A stretch of DNA of 63,762 nt, the filler included, from Chiloscyllium plagiosum (Eukaryota): the NCBI RefSeq assembly GCF_004010195.1. It is 4 parts of one record of this genome, joined end to end, with 100 filler letters (N's around TTAATTAATTAA, not from the genome) between each part and the next. Parts side by side here need not be neighbours in the genome. Positions count along the whole stretch, not along the records: positions 25,026 to 38,454 come from NC_057712.1; positions 38,555 to 59,171 come from NC_057712.1; 2 more parts are not named here. The stretch is one strand, 5' to 3'. Position numbers and translations under genes: made by a program. Below the pieces are notes generated by a model. The model searched no databases. It saw only the letters and a list, made by a program, of their open reading frames with translations, and was not told the origin of the DNA. Position 1 is the first letter of the stretch, and each line of letters starts with the position of its first letter. Of this stretch, positions 37,921 to 51,254 are shown one piece after another.

Positions 37921-38454
37921 AGAATCATAGAGATGTACAGCATGGAAACAGACCCTTCGGTCCAACCCGTCCCTGCCGACCAGATATCTCAACCCAATCT
38001 AGTTCCACCTGCCAGCACCTGGCCCATATCCCTCCAAACCCTCCCTGTTCATATACCCATCCAAATGCCTCTTAAATATTGCAATTGTACCAGCCTCCAC
38101 CACTTCTTCTGGCAGCTCATTCCATACGCGTACCACTCTCTGTGTGAAAAAGTTGCCCCGTAGGTCTCTTTTATATCTTTCCCCTCTCACCCTAAACCTA
38201 TGCCCTCTAGTTCTGGACTCTTCCACCCCAGGGAAAAGACAATAGACAATAGGTGCAGGAGTAGGCCATTCTGCCCTTCGAGCCTGCACCACCATTCAAT
38301 ATGATCGTGGCTGATCATCCTTAATCAGTATCCTGTTCCTGCCTTATCTCCATAACCCTTGATTCCACTATCCTTGAGAGCTCTACCCAACTCTTTCTTA
38401 AATGAACCCAGAGACTGGGCCTCCACTGCCCTCTGGGACAGAGCATTCCACACA
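37921..38454 (-). mobile_element. Two adjacent CR1 3' ends interrupting the ERV integrase
   Basis: 37921-38240 matches the CR1 3' end at 3361 (LFPGVEESRTRGHRFRVRGERY); 38239-38454 a second CR1 tail (ACAATAGACAATAGGTGCAGGAGTAGGCC). Confidence 0.92.
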
Positions 38455-38554
38455 NNNNNNNNNNNNNNNNNNNNNNNNNNNNNNNNNNNNNNNNNNNNTT
38501 AATTAATTAANNNNNNNNNNNNNNNNNNNNNNNNNNNNNNNNNNNNNNNNNNNN
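38455..38554. other. Assembly gap with TTAATTAATTAA spacer
   Basis: N run with spacer. Confidence 0.98.
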
Positions 38555-40259
38555 GGGGTGGGGATAGTGACAGTGGGGTCTGTGGGGGGCGTGTCAGCAG
38601 AATGCAGGTGAGTGGTGCTGGTGGGGGCGGAAGTGGTGGCAGACACAGCAGTAGGGGTGGCGGAAGTCACTGAGTGTGTGGCATCAGTGATGATGTGAGG
38701 GCCGGAAGTGGCTGTGGGAGTGGCCATGATGGATGGCCTACTCCTGCTCCTGCTCCATATATTTGCATAAACGTACCAATGCAAGGGCTCTCTTGTGGTA
38801 CAGTTATAGTGTCCGTACTGCTGAACTGGGAGGCACAGGTCAAGTCCCACCTGGTTCAGAGGTGTGCAATAACATCTCTGAACAGGTTGATTAGAAATAA
38901 AAGGTTAATAGAAAAAAACCAATGTGGTACTACAACATTTTAACTCAAGAATGCGAAGATGAGAAATTTAGCAATGGTCTTCAAAGAATGAAAGTGAACT
39001 TCAATCTATTGTCGGGACCAGAGTGATTCAATATATGCAACTGATGAAGATGAATCATGGGAATATTGTGATCATGAAATGTGTTTCAAAGCTCACTAAA
39101 CAATATGCAGTGGCCAAGATTAAAGAAAGTTATCAAAAGGAAAGAAGCTGGAAGAATGTCTGGATTCTCAAACTGATCACATAATGCAAATCACAATGTT
39201 GTCAGATCAAAATTTATTTCTGACTTTAAAGAACACTAATGATCTTGTTTGCTCTGGTTTGCTCAGTGGCCAGACTGATTTGTGTTTTACAATCAACACC
39301 GCTTAAGAAATGCCGTGCAGGTAGGAATTGAGCCAAAGCCACAGAGAAGCATTGATGAGGTGCCTGATTGAGTGAAAGCAATATTGAAAGTTATGATCAC
39401 ATCAAACAAGTCCCAATGATATTTTCGATGAATGTCACAGAACAAACTGTGTAAGTTCATGACCAAAAATGTATGAAATTCACCTAAAAAGTGCACAGCA
39501 GTCTAAATTTTAATTGTGTTATTTGAACTTCAAGATTTTCTAATCATATGTCCATGACTTTAATAACACGTGCATGGCTTTGTTTCTGCCACAGGCCTGG
39601 ATCATGGTTAATGGTTAATAAATGGGAACCCCACTCTAATTTCCCCTTAGATTTGCATGTCATTAGCTGATTTGCAAATATTAATTCTTTAATCATTGCT
39701 GTGTCAAAATCCTGAAACACAGCCAAACAGCATTAAGGAATTACTTTAAGAAGGCAGGTCACTACTTTCATCTCACGGACAATAAATGCTAGACTTACTT
39801 GTGGCATCCACATCAATGAAAATAAACTTTCATGAACACACTTCATTCAATAAAAGCAACACTGATTCTCTGTCTATTCATGTTCACACAGGCAAACTTA
39901 ATTCTCTTTGTGAAAAAAAATCTCCACAGCTTATTAACTTTGGTATAGTGTTACTTTATTTTGCAAAATTGCATCTTCTCTTTTAAGATACTTAAATAAA
40001 TTCCCCTTTTTCTATGTCCCCATGACATTCTTTTTGTAAAACTATCCAACCTTATTGACTTCCCCGTATTAATCTTACCTCTCCTCGCACTATTTGCTTG
40101 TAGAAAGATATTCCTCTTGTGTGCTCTGGTCCAAAACATGTTTTACAACTTGATTGTGGTTGATCCTACGCCTTTAATTCAGTCAATCTAATGGCAGATT
40201 CATGTAACTCCTTCCCCCCACCTTTCCCCGTACATGCTGGTTAACGGGGAGCTTACTGT

Positions 40260-40700
40260 GTCCGCATTGGAAGCAGTTCAGAGAAGATTCTAGGGATGAA
40301 AGGGTTATCTCAGAAGGAAAGTTCAATAGCGGAAATGTTCTTATTGAAATGGGACCTGAGGAGACCTGAAAGGATGTTTCTTCTTGTGGGAAAGATTAAA
40401 AAAAGGGGACACTGTTTTAAAGTAAGGGATCTCCAATTTAAGATGGAGATATGGATAAATCCTTTGTCTCAGAGGGTCACATGTCAGTGAAACTCTTCTT
40501 CGAGACAGTGGTGGAAGTAGGGAAAGTAAACATTTTTAAAGCAGAGGTAGATAGATTCTTGACTAATAATAGTCAAAGAGTATTGGGGCAGAAAGGAAAA
40601 TGGAGTTAAGACCACAATCAGATCAACCATGATCATACCAAATGCCGAAGCAGGCTTAAATGGGACAAATGACAAACTCCTGCACCTAATTTATATTGAT
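40260..40700 (+). mobile_element. CR1 LINE 3' end, degraded
   Basis: LEAVQRRF...KRGHCFKVR...LSQRV; 3' UTR AGATCAACCATGATC. Confidence 0.8.
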
Positions 40701-41163
40701 GTATTACATAAGTTTGCACTCGCTATCCTCCCCTTACTATGCACAGCTAATTTAGGAATCTGGGAGAGCAGTCAAGGTTAAAATTTGTGAAATTTCAGTT
40801 CTTCCTAACATGAATCTGTGTTCACTATTTGTAATTCTGTATCAGTGTGCAATATTCTATTGTTTACTCTGATTAGATGCAATAGATTTATGGCAATGTA
40901 CAAACTATTTTGATGTTGCTGATGGGAAGGTCTCAAGGATAAAAGTCCTTCAAAATTAGGTACCTTTCCATCATTTCACAACAAAGATCATTAAAAAGTG
41001 TCTAGTGTCTTTCTTAGTGCAGAATGTTTTATTTTTATTCTTTTCTTCAATTGCCAGTGTTTCATCTTGCTTAGTACTTCTCCAGTAAAGGTCTGGCCAG
41101 TATTTGGAAGACCAGAATACCAATACCTTATCTGATGTCACACATAAGCTGTATATATAATGG

Positions 41164-41707
41164 TAAAAACAAGGACTGCAGATGCTAGAAACCAGAGTCT
41201 AGATTAGAGTGGTGCTGGAAAAGCACAGCAGGTCAGGCAGCATCCGAGGAGCAGGAAGATCGACGTTCCGGGCAAAAGCCCTTCATCAGGAATAGAGGCA
41301 GGGTGCCTGCGAGCTGGGGTGAGGTGGGGGAAGGGGAAATGAGGAAACTGGTGAAATCCACACTGATGCCAAGGGGTTGAAGTGTTCCGAGGCGGAAGAT
41401 GAGGCGTTCTTCCTCCAGGCGTCGGGTGGTGAGGGAGCGGCGGTGGAGGTGGCCCAGGACCTGCATGTCCTTGGCACAGTGGGAGGGGGAGTTGAAATAT
41501 TGAGCCACAGGGCGGTGGAGTTGATTGGTGCGGTGTCCCAGTGATGTTCCCTAAAGCACTCTGCTTGGAGGCGTCCAGTCTCCCCAATGTAGAGGAGACT
41601 GCATCGGGAGCAACGGATACAATAAATGATCTTGGTGGCTCTCACTCTGCTGAGAACATGCAGGTCCTGGGCCTCCTTCACCACCGCTCCCTCACCACCC
41701 GACGCCT
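41164..41707 (-). mobile_element. Penelope-like element (GIY-YIG C-terminus) with terminal inverted segment and 15-bp TSD
   Basis: KIIYCIRCSRCSLLYIGETGR...CFREH; 41641-41707 is an inverted copy of ~41418-41480; TSD CTGTATAT(A/G)TAATGG at 41149-41163 and 41708-41722. Confidence 0.92.
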
Positions 41708-42279
41708 CTGTATATGTAATGGGTTGTAATTACAGTATTACCTCATAATGTTGACACTTCTGGGTCCCTGTCAATTTTGGCAGCATAACAGCATAATCCT
41801 GTTTAAATTTAGGCTTACATGCAAACATTACTGTTCCAAGTTGTGGTTGACTCTATATGTGTATTACTATAGTATGTTTCATATGCTAAGTGATCATATG
41901 TTGTACTTCCAATTTTTTTTGACACCTACTTGACTATTGATTACCAATTTCAAAACCAAAATGTGAATTGTAAAATCCTAAAATTGTTTTTATAGAATTG
42001 TCCATAAACAAAATACAAACTCCAGAATATGTAATCCATTTGACTGGCAATCACAGCTTTCTCAATAAAATCTCCTTTACTTGATGCTATCTTTGTGCCA
42101 GCTTTAACTAAATCAACACCTTCTCTAATCCTGAAATATTATCCACGTTATAACTTTTTGGTGTTACCATTCCAATTTCTACTCTTATATTTTAATTTTT
42201 TCAGCTTTCTTTCTCCAGCCAAGCAGTATTATGTCTGACATTGAATTCAGCTTGAAATGTCTTTGCATGTTTTTCCTTT

Positions 42280-42985
42280 ATCATGCCCCAAATTAAACTA
42301 ATCCCATTTGCCTGCATTTTGCCCACATCCCGCTAATCATTTTCTATTTATGGACCAGTTCAAATGTCCTTTAAATGTTGTTACTGTACCTGCATCTACC
42401 ACTTCCTCTGACAGTTCATTCCAGGTAGCAACCACCCATTGTGTGATAAAGTTGCTCCTCAGGTCCCTTTTAAGTTTTTTTCAGCCCACTTTAAAACCAT
42501 GCCTTCTAATTTTGAACTCCACTACCATGGAGAAGAGACCTTTGCTTGTCATTTTATCTATGCCACCTGTGATTTTATAAAGCTCTATAAGGTTACCCTT
42601 CAACCTCCTATGCTCCAGTGGAAAAGAGTTCCAGTCTCTCCAGCCTCTCCTTATAACTCAAATTCACCAGTACTGGTAACATCTTCAAATTAATAATATC
42701 CTTCCTACAGCAGATCGACCAGAACTGTACACAGTACTCTAAAAGTGGCCTCACCAATGTCCTGTACAAGTACAACATGGCATCCTAACTCCTATATTCA
42801 ATGGTCTGAGAAATGAAGGCAAGTGTGCCTAACACCTTCCTTACCATCCTGTATACCTGTGACACAATTTTCAAGAACTATGTATCTGAACCCGAATATC
42901 TTTCTGTTCAACAACACTCCACAGACCCCTACCATTAACTGTACAAGTCCTCCCCTTGTTCGTTTTACCAAAATGCACAAGGTCA
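42280..42985 (-). mobile_element. CR1 LINE 3' fragment
   Basis: Collinear with the CR1 at 3361-4115. Confidence 0.85.
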
Positions 42986-43904
42986 CGAATTAAATCAGGC
43001 TTAATTGCTCATTTGTAGATACAGTATTGCTTGTCCCCTTGTCGCATCCAAGATATATTACTGTAGGACACTATCTCGGATACACTCCAGAAATTTACAA
43101 CCTTTCAGGTAGATACTTGTCTGTCTCTCCCAGTGTATGTTAAGATGAAAATCCTCCATTAATACTACTCTGACTTTGCTAAATCGTTTAAGCATTTATA
43201 AAATCATTTCAATTAGGCTCTGCTTTTTCATTCTTCCTGCCATAGTGAACAATTTCACCTTTTCTCACATTATACTGTATCTGCCAACTTTCTGCCCACT
43301 CACTTAACCAACCTATCACAGACTGCATCCTTGTTAAATCATCCTCACAACATACTTATGTTTGTATCATTTGCAAATTTTGACAACATACCTTGGATTC
43401 CCTCATCTGAATCACTGACATAAATTGTAATTATATTGTGTCAATCTGAGGAAGACCTATTTATGCGTACTCTGTTTTCTGTCAGGCAGCCAATCTTCTG
43501 TTTATGCTATTTAGACATGAACTCCTACTTTGCGCAATAGCCTTATATGGGAACTTTGTCAAATGTCCTCTCAAAACCTAAGTTCTAAAAACTAAAAAGA
43601 AAACTTGAAAGCAGAGCTGGGAAAGACAGGAGCCTGAAGACAGCAGAAGCATAGGAGATGCAAAGCTTGGAAAAAGGACTGGGGAGCTGAGGTACAGTAG
43701 GAGCACAGGATGAGCAGACCACAGCTCCAGCTGCTACTCATACAATTAGACCTGGCTACAACACTCTCAACTCTAACACCCACCTACAAAGTCAGGTCTG
43801 AAATATAGATTTCCTGGAAAGTCTCTATAGAACAATGTGGGATTAGTAGATTGATCTGAATTTGAGAACCACTGATATGAGACATATATTCCTTTATTAA
43901 CAAA

Positions 43905-44080
43905 ATCATAGAATCACTACAGTACATAAAGAGACCATTGGCCCATTGAGTCTGCACCAACCCTCTGAAGAGCAACCCATCCAGACCCACATATGCCCTA
44001 TCCCTGTAACCCCGCATGGTGTTTTTATCATGGCTAATCCAACAAACCTGCATATCCCTGGAAACTATGGGGCAACTTTT
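43905..44080 (-). mobile_element. HE1-type SINE 3' fragment
   Basis: Tail AATCATAGAATC.CTACAG and CATGGCTAATCCA...CCTGCATATC. Confidence 0.75.
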
Positions 44081-44759
44081 AGTATGTTATGATAACTTAG
44101 AAATAAAGTGGGACCTGGTCAACATTCACATAACAGGATTCTGCCAGAATTTGTATCATGTTTCTATATTTGTGAATTTGACAGAGCTTTAACCCTGCCA
44201 GTTTGTAAATACAACTGGAGGAGGTCAACACATTTTCTTTTAACTGAAACTGTGTACCAGATTTACACTAACATCCCACAAATCACAAAGAACCATTGAC
44301 TTGGAGGAGAGTTATCTAGTGCACACTGATGGAGTTATATCAAAATTGACCTTGAAAGTCAAACCTCTTTCTAAAGCTCTGGAAAATTCTTCCTAATCCA
44401 CAAGCTATGATATCGATGATGGAATTAATCCATGAGCAGCTGCAGCCCTTAATAGCATTAAAGTGGATTTAGTGCACTTTGATTACTGTAAACAGGAGAC
44501 CTGTAGTTATTGACTTTTGACTGCAAATGCATTAACATTTGCCACAAGTTATGCCTTCTACAACTTACTTCTAAGTGATTTTATGCTGTAGAGTGTTAAA
44601 CTGGATCAATTGTTACAAAAACTTTGGAGTGGAGAACTAGTAGAACATCCTAAAGTGACAGCTTAAACAGAAACAGCCAAACTGGATTATTCCAAATCAC
44701 TCCTGTTTGGTGTCCCATATTTGACCCTGTATAAACTCAAGGTCATAAAACTGTGGTCC

Positions 44760-45125
44760 ACGTCTCAACTCACGTCAAGTCTTGTTCCCCTTTACTTGTA
44801 TTTGCTGGCCTACATTCGTTCCTGGTCTAGTAATGTTTTGATTTTTACATTCTGATTACTATTTTCAAATCATTCATGTCCTCATGCCTCTCCATCTCTG
44901 TAATCTTCTCCGGTTCACAAATCTAAGATATCTTCAGTCCTCTAATTCTGGCCTCATGACTATCCCTGTTATAAATTGTTCCACCATTGGTCAATGTGCA
45001 TTCAGTTGCCTAGGTCTAAGGTTCTGAAATACCTTCCCTACACTTCTCCACACACTTAACTTGCTTTACTGTTCTGGTACACCCTTTATAGCCTGCACTT
45101 TTGACCAAGGTTTTGATCATTGGGC
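44760..45125 (+). mobile_element. L2-like LINE 3' end, ancient
   Basis: GCTGGCCTACATT.GTTCCTGGT...TTTTCAAATC...GCATTCAGTTGCCTAGG...CTGAAATACCTTCCC...TTTGACCAAGGTTTT. Confidence 0.6.
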
Positions 45126-45745
45126 TTTTTTTGATGATCATTCCTGGTACCGCATGACATTTGCCAGCTCTATTAGTATGATGCACTGGTGAAGAATTGT
45201 TTGAGGTAGTTCACAGCCCTCACTCCTTATTTGTTTTTTTATTTTGTCCTGGATCAGTCTTGTGGTTAGTGGTAAAAGTTACACCACAGTAGAGAACCTA
45301 CAGAAGAGGCATTGTTCTTAGATAAAAAGAAGGTTTATTGCATGATAACACTAAATATAACTATATTCCTTAGGACCCTAGGGAGCTGGCACAAATATAT
45401 CTGATTCCCTCCAAAGATTAGAGTAGAACTTCTTGTCTACACCATTGACTGTGTGTGATATCAATAGAGGAGCCAATGTACATGACCATTAATCTCTTCA
45501 GAACCATGACTGTAGTCAGCTCACCTAATATATGGTCATTGTGTTTCTGAGAACCCTTGCAAATGCTGAAATTTGAGAGTGCGGAGCCCATTAAAAATAC
45601 AGGTTAAAAATAGTTTAAAAATCGCAGATAATCGAGTTGCCTGCAGATGTTGAATTTTGTTGCTACTTACATTTTAGCTCGTATAGGCAAATTTGCTAGT
45701 CATGAACTCATGGATACAGAGGATTTCCTGTATCCTTAATATATG

Positions 45746-46090
45746 TGGACAGCATGGTGACTCAGTGGTTAGCACTGCTGCCTCAGAGCGCCAGGGACCC
45801 AGGTTCAATTCCAGCCTCAGACGACTGTCTGTGTGGAGCATGCCCATTCTCTGTGTGGGTTTCCTCTGGGTGCTCCAGTTTCCTCCCACAGTCCAAAGAT
45901 GTGCAGTTTAGGTGAATTAGCCATGCTAAATTGCCCATAGTACTCAGGGATGTGTAGGCTAAGTGCATTAGTTAGGGGAATTGTAGACTAATAGGGTGGG
46001 GAATAGGTCTGGGTGGGATACTCTGAGGGTTGGTGTGCATTTGTTGGACCAAATGGCCTGTTTCCACATTGTAGGGATTCTAATTCTAAT
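45746..46090 (+). mobile_element. HE1-type SINE
   Basis: Complete head, core and (TTCTAA) tail. Confidence 0.9.
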
Positions 46091-47199
46091 AATTGTGGCG
46101 AGGTGTCATTTTTGTTTTATAGTGCTGGGATGAAGGTTCTTGGAAATTTTGTTATGTTTAAGGTGCTACATAAATACAAATTGTTGATATTGACTGTACA
46201 TAAGTGTACAGTTCAAAATTGACAATACATTAAGTCTTATGCCATGAAAATATGAATTACTCTAAGATTCAAAATTTGTAGCCTCATTGACTATATTTTT
46301 AGAGTATGGCAGTGAATGGCTGCCCTGATTCTCATCCATTTGGTTTGCTCAATGCCTTGTCACACTTCGGACTTACCCTCAAATTTTTTTTATTCATGTT
46401 CACAGCGCAAGTAATTTCCAGAAGCATATCTATGTATCCAATGCTCTGAAACATATGACACTATGCATGTTACCAATGTGATTAATTTTCACATGATTAA
46501 ACAATTAATTTTCATACCAAATGTTGCATGAATTGTCCACAGTGGAACACAAGAGCTGCAAAACACCACACTGCCAAATGAGATCAATGAATTTGAAACT
46601 ACAAGTCTATTTACAAGGAATGAAAATAAGTAAAAGCAATAGCCTATAATGTGGCAATACAATACCGAATATTTTGAATTGTCTTACAATTGAAAATATG
46701 AATTTTTGCAAAGTCATGGCAGCATATGCTCAATTTATTCGTATATACTTCAGATGAACAGAGGAGCACAGAAACGTTGAATTTAGATATAAAAATAGTC
46801 CTGTGGCCCTTTGAGCTTGCTCCACCATTCAATAAGACCAGGCCTGAATTGATTATGGTCTCAATTGCCCCTTGTTGTCTGCCCCACATACCCCTCGATT
46901 TTTTTCCATCAAAATTGATGTAACTCAGCTTTCTATAAATTCAATGACTCAGCCTGGTGAAGAGAATTCAACCATCTAAAAATACTCAGACTGTGATATC
47001 TCTTATTCTTAAACTGTGTCCCTTTGACAGTCTTCATTCTATATCATTTTCTTCTTAGTCTTATTAAGGACCAATTAATTATTTGCCATTAAATTTCAGC
47101 ACATAAAGTTGGTATAAAGCACTAGTGAGAGCTGACAGACATTTATGGGTTAATAGAACAAGACACCATTTGACCACTTGACCACATAATTCCACCACA

Positions 47200-48640
47200 G
47201 TCTTCCTAACTACATTTCCACACACTCTTCATCCTAAAATGACTCAATTTCATTTTCCCAGTTCCTGTTTCCATCGCATCTGTACCTTGCACAATGGTAA
47301 TTCTGAAATGTCTTCCCTTTTACCTCAATCAAGAAATCTCCCATCATGGTTGACAGGGTGCTCAGCTGAGTCCAACCCATTTTCTGCACTTCTGCCCTCA
47401 CCTCTTCCACTCTGTCCCAGAACAATATTACAGTTTCCCTTGTCCTCATTTTCCGTGTCCCCAGTCTTCACATTCAAAGGATCTTTCTCCACAATTTCTG
47501 CCACCTCCAGCAGGATGCTACAACCAAAAGCAACTTATCCTCCCCTCCCTTTTCAAAGTCCTTCATGAACTGTTCCCTCCATGACACACTGGTTCACACT
47601 TCCATCACTCTTAATACTTCCTCACCTTCCCACGTACTCATAGGTGTAACATTATACTTTATCTCCTCCCTCCCCACTGTTAAAGGCCTCAAGACCATCT
47701 TCCAGGTAAAGTACCAGTTTAGCTGTACTTCTTGCAATCTAATCCAGTGTATTTGTTGCTCTCAATGTGGTCTCCTTTCCATTGGCAAGACCAAACACAG
47801 ACTGGGTGACTGCTTTACAGAACATGTCTGCTCTGTCAGTAAGAATGACTGAACGTTCAGTTGCTTATCATTGTAATGCACCATCTTTCTCTCATGCTAA
47901 CATTTCCATCCTCGGCAAAAACTGAAAGAACTGCAGATGCTGGAAATCAGAAACAAAAACAGAAATTGCTGGAAAGGCTCAGCAGGTCTGACAGCGTGTG
48001 TGGAGAGAAATCAGAGATAACATTTCGGGTTCAGTGACCTTTCCTCAGTTCTCAGACCCTTCCACAGACCCACAAGAAGGGTCATTGAATCCAAAATGTT
48101 AACTCTGATTTCTCTTCACACGTGATGCCACACCTGTTGAGCCTTTCGAGCAATTTCTGTTTTTATTTTCATTCTAGGTCTGCTGCAGTGATCCAGTGAA
48201 GCCCATTGCAACCTTGAGGAACAGCACCCCATTTTCCACTTTGGCATTTTACACCCATCAAGATTCAACATTGAGTTCAACAACTTCAGACACACTTTCC
48301 ACCATTTTGATTGAAACCACTTCCATTGACCTCCCTTCTCCCACCCAACCCTGTGTCTTGTTTGCAAAGGTTCACTCACAGTGGAATAACATATTTCTAT
48401 CATTAACACCTACAACCAACCATTAACACTCCCTTTGTCCTTTGCTCTGAGCACATTCACCTTGTGTTCTCCTCTCCCGACAGCATTAAAGCCACCGATT
48501 TCTAGCTTCCTTTAGTTCTGAAGAAGAGCCATATTGGACTTAAAATGTTACTTCTGTTTTTTCTCTTTACAGATGCTGCCATACTGCTGTGTTTCTCCAG
48601 CACTTTGCTTTTATTATCTCAAGCATCTGCAGAACTTGCT
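47200..48640 (+). mobile_element. Decayed Penelope-like element with a nested palindromic terminal-repeat element (~47915-48170)
   Basis: FSCTSCNLIQCICCSQCGLLSIGKTKHRLGDCFTEH (GIY-YIG); CTGAAGAAGAG..ATATTGGACTTAAAATGTT hammerhead-like end at ~48518. Confidence 0.8.
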
Positions 48641-49250
48641 TCTAAATAACTCAAGAACATTTACTCTTTGGAGAACCATTCAAATGCCTCAAGGCGTCCT
48701 TGAGTGAAATGCTGTGGTCAGGTCCATGAATGCAATGAAAAATTCCTGAAATTGTTTCAACAGTTCTGGGTTTTGAACAAAGAACATGTCAGATCTATCT
48801 TTGGAAAGTTTAAAGCCACGTTGCATCTTCAGACACAGGAATTGGGCAGTTCAGGATAAAATGTGTTTGAATTTTCTCTATAATTGACAAAAGATGAAAC
48901 CTTGATGGACTTCACAGCACAATTAATATCCCTTCTTGAATGTGCATTTGTCGTTTTCCTGTAATCAGGCAGGGAGCGGTGAGGAGTCTTCTTCCTCGTG
49001 AATCCATAGGATGAGTGTGGAGTCAGAACCCTGATTTGAGTAAAAGCTTTGAAGACTTCAGCTGCAGTACCATCCCAAACATTCCAACAACAAATTAATA
49101 GCCATCAAATATAAGCCACAACTTTTAAGATTAAAAAAGCCTTTAATTAAACATTACTAAAAGACAAATGGTAAGTTACAGATACCATTCAATAATTTAC
49201 TTAAACAGTATTGAATCACTCCATTCCACTTTTGCATCCACTTCATAAAA

Positions 49251-49435
49251 TGATGTGGAGAAGCCAGTGTTGGACTGGAGTGGACAAAGTTAAAAATCAC
49301 ACAACACCAGGTTCTAGCCCAACCTTTCGAAGTGCTGCTTCAGTGACAACCACCTGATAAAGAAGCAGCGCTTCGAAAGCTAATGCCTCCAAATAAACCA
49401 GTTGGACTATAATCTGGGTTTTGTGTGATTTTTTA
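49251..49435. mobile_element. Palindromic Penelope-terminus-derived mini-element with 11-bp TSD
   Basis: GTTAAAAATCACACAACACCAG...CTGGGTTTTGTGTGATTTTTAAC inverted arms; TSD ACTTCATAAAA at 49240-49250 / 49436-49446. Confidence 0.8.
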
Positions 49436-50176
49436 ACTTCATAAAAAAAACTAGTATTTTTCAATTTTATTCAAAATCTTATTTTGGACACAGATCTTTC
49501 AGTTAATGAGAGAAAAAAAACTGGCAAATTTAACTAACCTATATAGAACGATGCAGTTCATTCATAAATATAGTGGAATGCTGCCATGGAAAATTTCACC
49601 AGAAAGCATGATTTATAATGATAAAGTTTCAAAGAAAAATGGCAAAAATCTAAATAAAAATAGAGACAACAGGAATAAAGGTTAGTACACAGAAAATACA
49701 TGTAGACGTATGGGGTCTGAAGTTACAGAAGTAAACAAAAGATACCAAGTATCAAGAAGTTAGTTTGTGAGGGTGGATTACAAAGTAGGTCTTGTATTCT
49801 CTGAAATAGAGGAGATTTCAAGGTAATCTCCTTCATGTTCTTAAGATTAAGGAGGAAATTTATTAAACTGATCTGGGCAAATTGTTCATTAAGATAAACA
49901 GTTCAAATATCAAGGGACACAGATTAAAAATGAGGAAGTGAGGATTGAGAAGGATGGTTTGACAAAACATTTTTGCATAAATCCCAGTAGAATTGTGGAA
50001 TAAATTAAAAGAAAGGTCACCAAATGCAAACAATAAACAGATTTTCAAAAGTCAAATTTGAAGAGATGGAGGGATGTATCAAATGGTGGCTAGATGAAGT
50101 TACCCATGAAAACAATACATGCTTATTCATATCTAAACATTTTTACCTGTTCCTAAAAATGCTTACATTCTTATGT

Positions 50177-50487
50177 AGATTAGATTACAATACAGTGTGG
50201 AAACAGGCCCTTCGGCCCAACAAGTCCACATCAACCCGCCCAAGCGCAACCGACCCATACCCCTATATTTACCCCTTACCTAACACTACGGGCAATTTAG
50301 CATGGCCAATTCACCTGACCTGCACATCTTTGGACTGTGGGAGGAAACCGGAGCAGCCGGAGGAAACCCACGCAGACACGGGGAGAACGTGCAAACTCCA
50401 CACAGTCAGTCGCCTGAGGCGGGAATTGAACCTGGGTCTTCGGTGCTGTGAGGCAGCAGTGCTAACCACTGTGCCACCATGCCGCCC
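50177..50487 (-). mobile_element. HE1-type SINE, young
   Basis: Near-perfect reverse complement of 14676-14993. Confidence 0.95.
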
Positions 50488-51254
50488 AACTTTATTAGCT
50501 TTAGTGATATATAATTAAAGAATTCAGCCAACAAAACATTATTACAAAAATTGTAATTATAAACCTTATTCATTTCTCTTTAATGAACAGCAGTACTTGG
50601 CATGTATTCGACTTATTTTCTACCACACAGTTCACGAGATTATTGATTTAAGAAGTAATTTCTCTTCCTGTCAGAGTCTCTCCGTAGAGAAACTTATCAT
50701 TGCCAAACAGAGGAAAAACTGCATCTTTAATCCACTGAATACTGAGTACAATGTGCAGCTTTTTAAAAAAAATCCACTTTCACAGGTAATATTTACAAAA
50801 GAAATACATAAGGGATATGCTGCTTAGTCTGAAGCAGAACAGCAGCTATTGAGGGAGCCAATAAATATTGCATAGTCCATAACAATCTCTGAATAAATCA
50901 CTGAAACTAAAAGAGTCCCAACATTCACTCAAAATAATACTTAAGAAAGCAAAAATTTATTAATATTAAACAACCTTATTTATTGATTTCTTAATGGTAA
51001 TATGAGTGGACCAATAATCAAGAACCATAGGGTAATGTTCTAGGGACATGGTTTTGAATCACACCATGGCAGATGGTGAATTCTGTATTTTAAAAAATCT
51101 GAAATTTGAAGCTTATTTAATGATGACCACATATAATTTTTATGCAAACCCCTCTGGTTCACTGATGTCCTTCAGGGAAGGAAATCTGACTTCTTGCTCT
51201 GGCCTACATATGACTCTAGATCACAGTGATGTGGTTGACTCTAGGGAAATACGA

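Noticed and set aside
38555..38735. Mucin-like Thr/Pro-rich ORF as a possible part of the ERV or an Ig-receptor stalk
   Set aside because: Low-complexity segment beyond an artificial gap, fused to SINE/CR1 tail sequence; no link to env.
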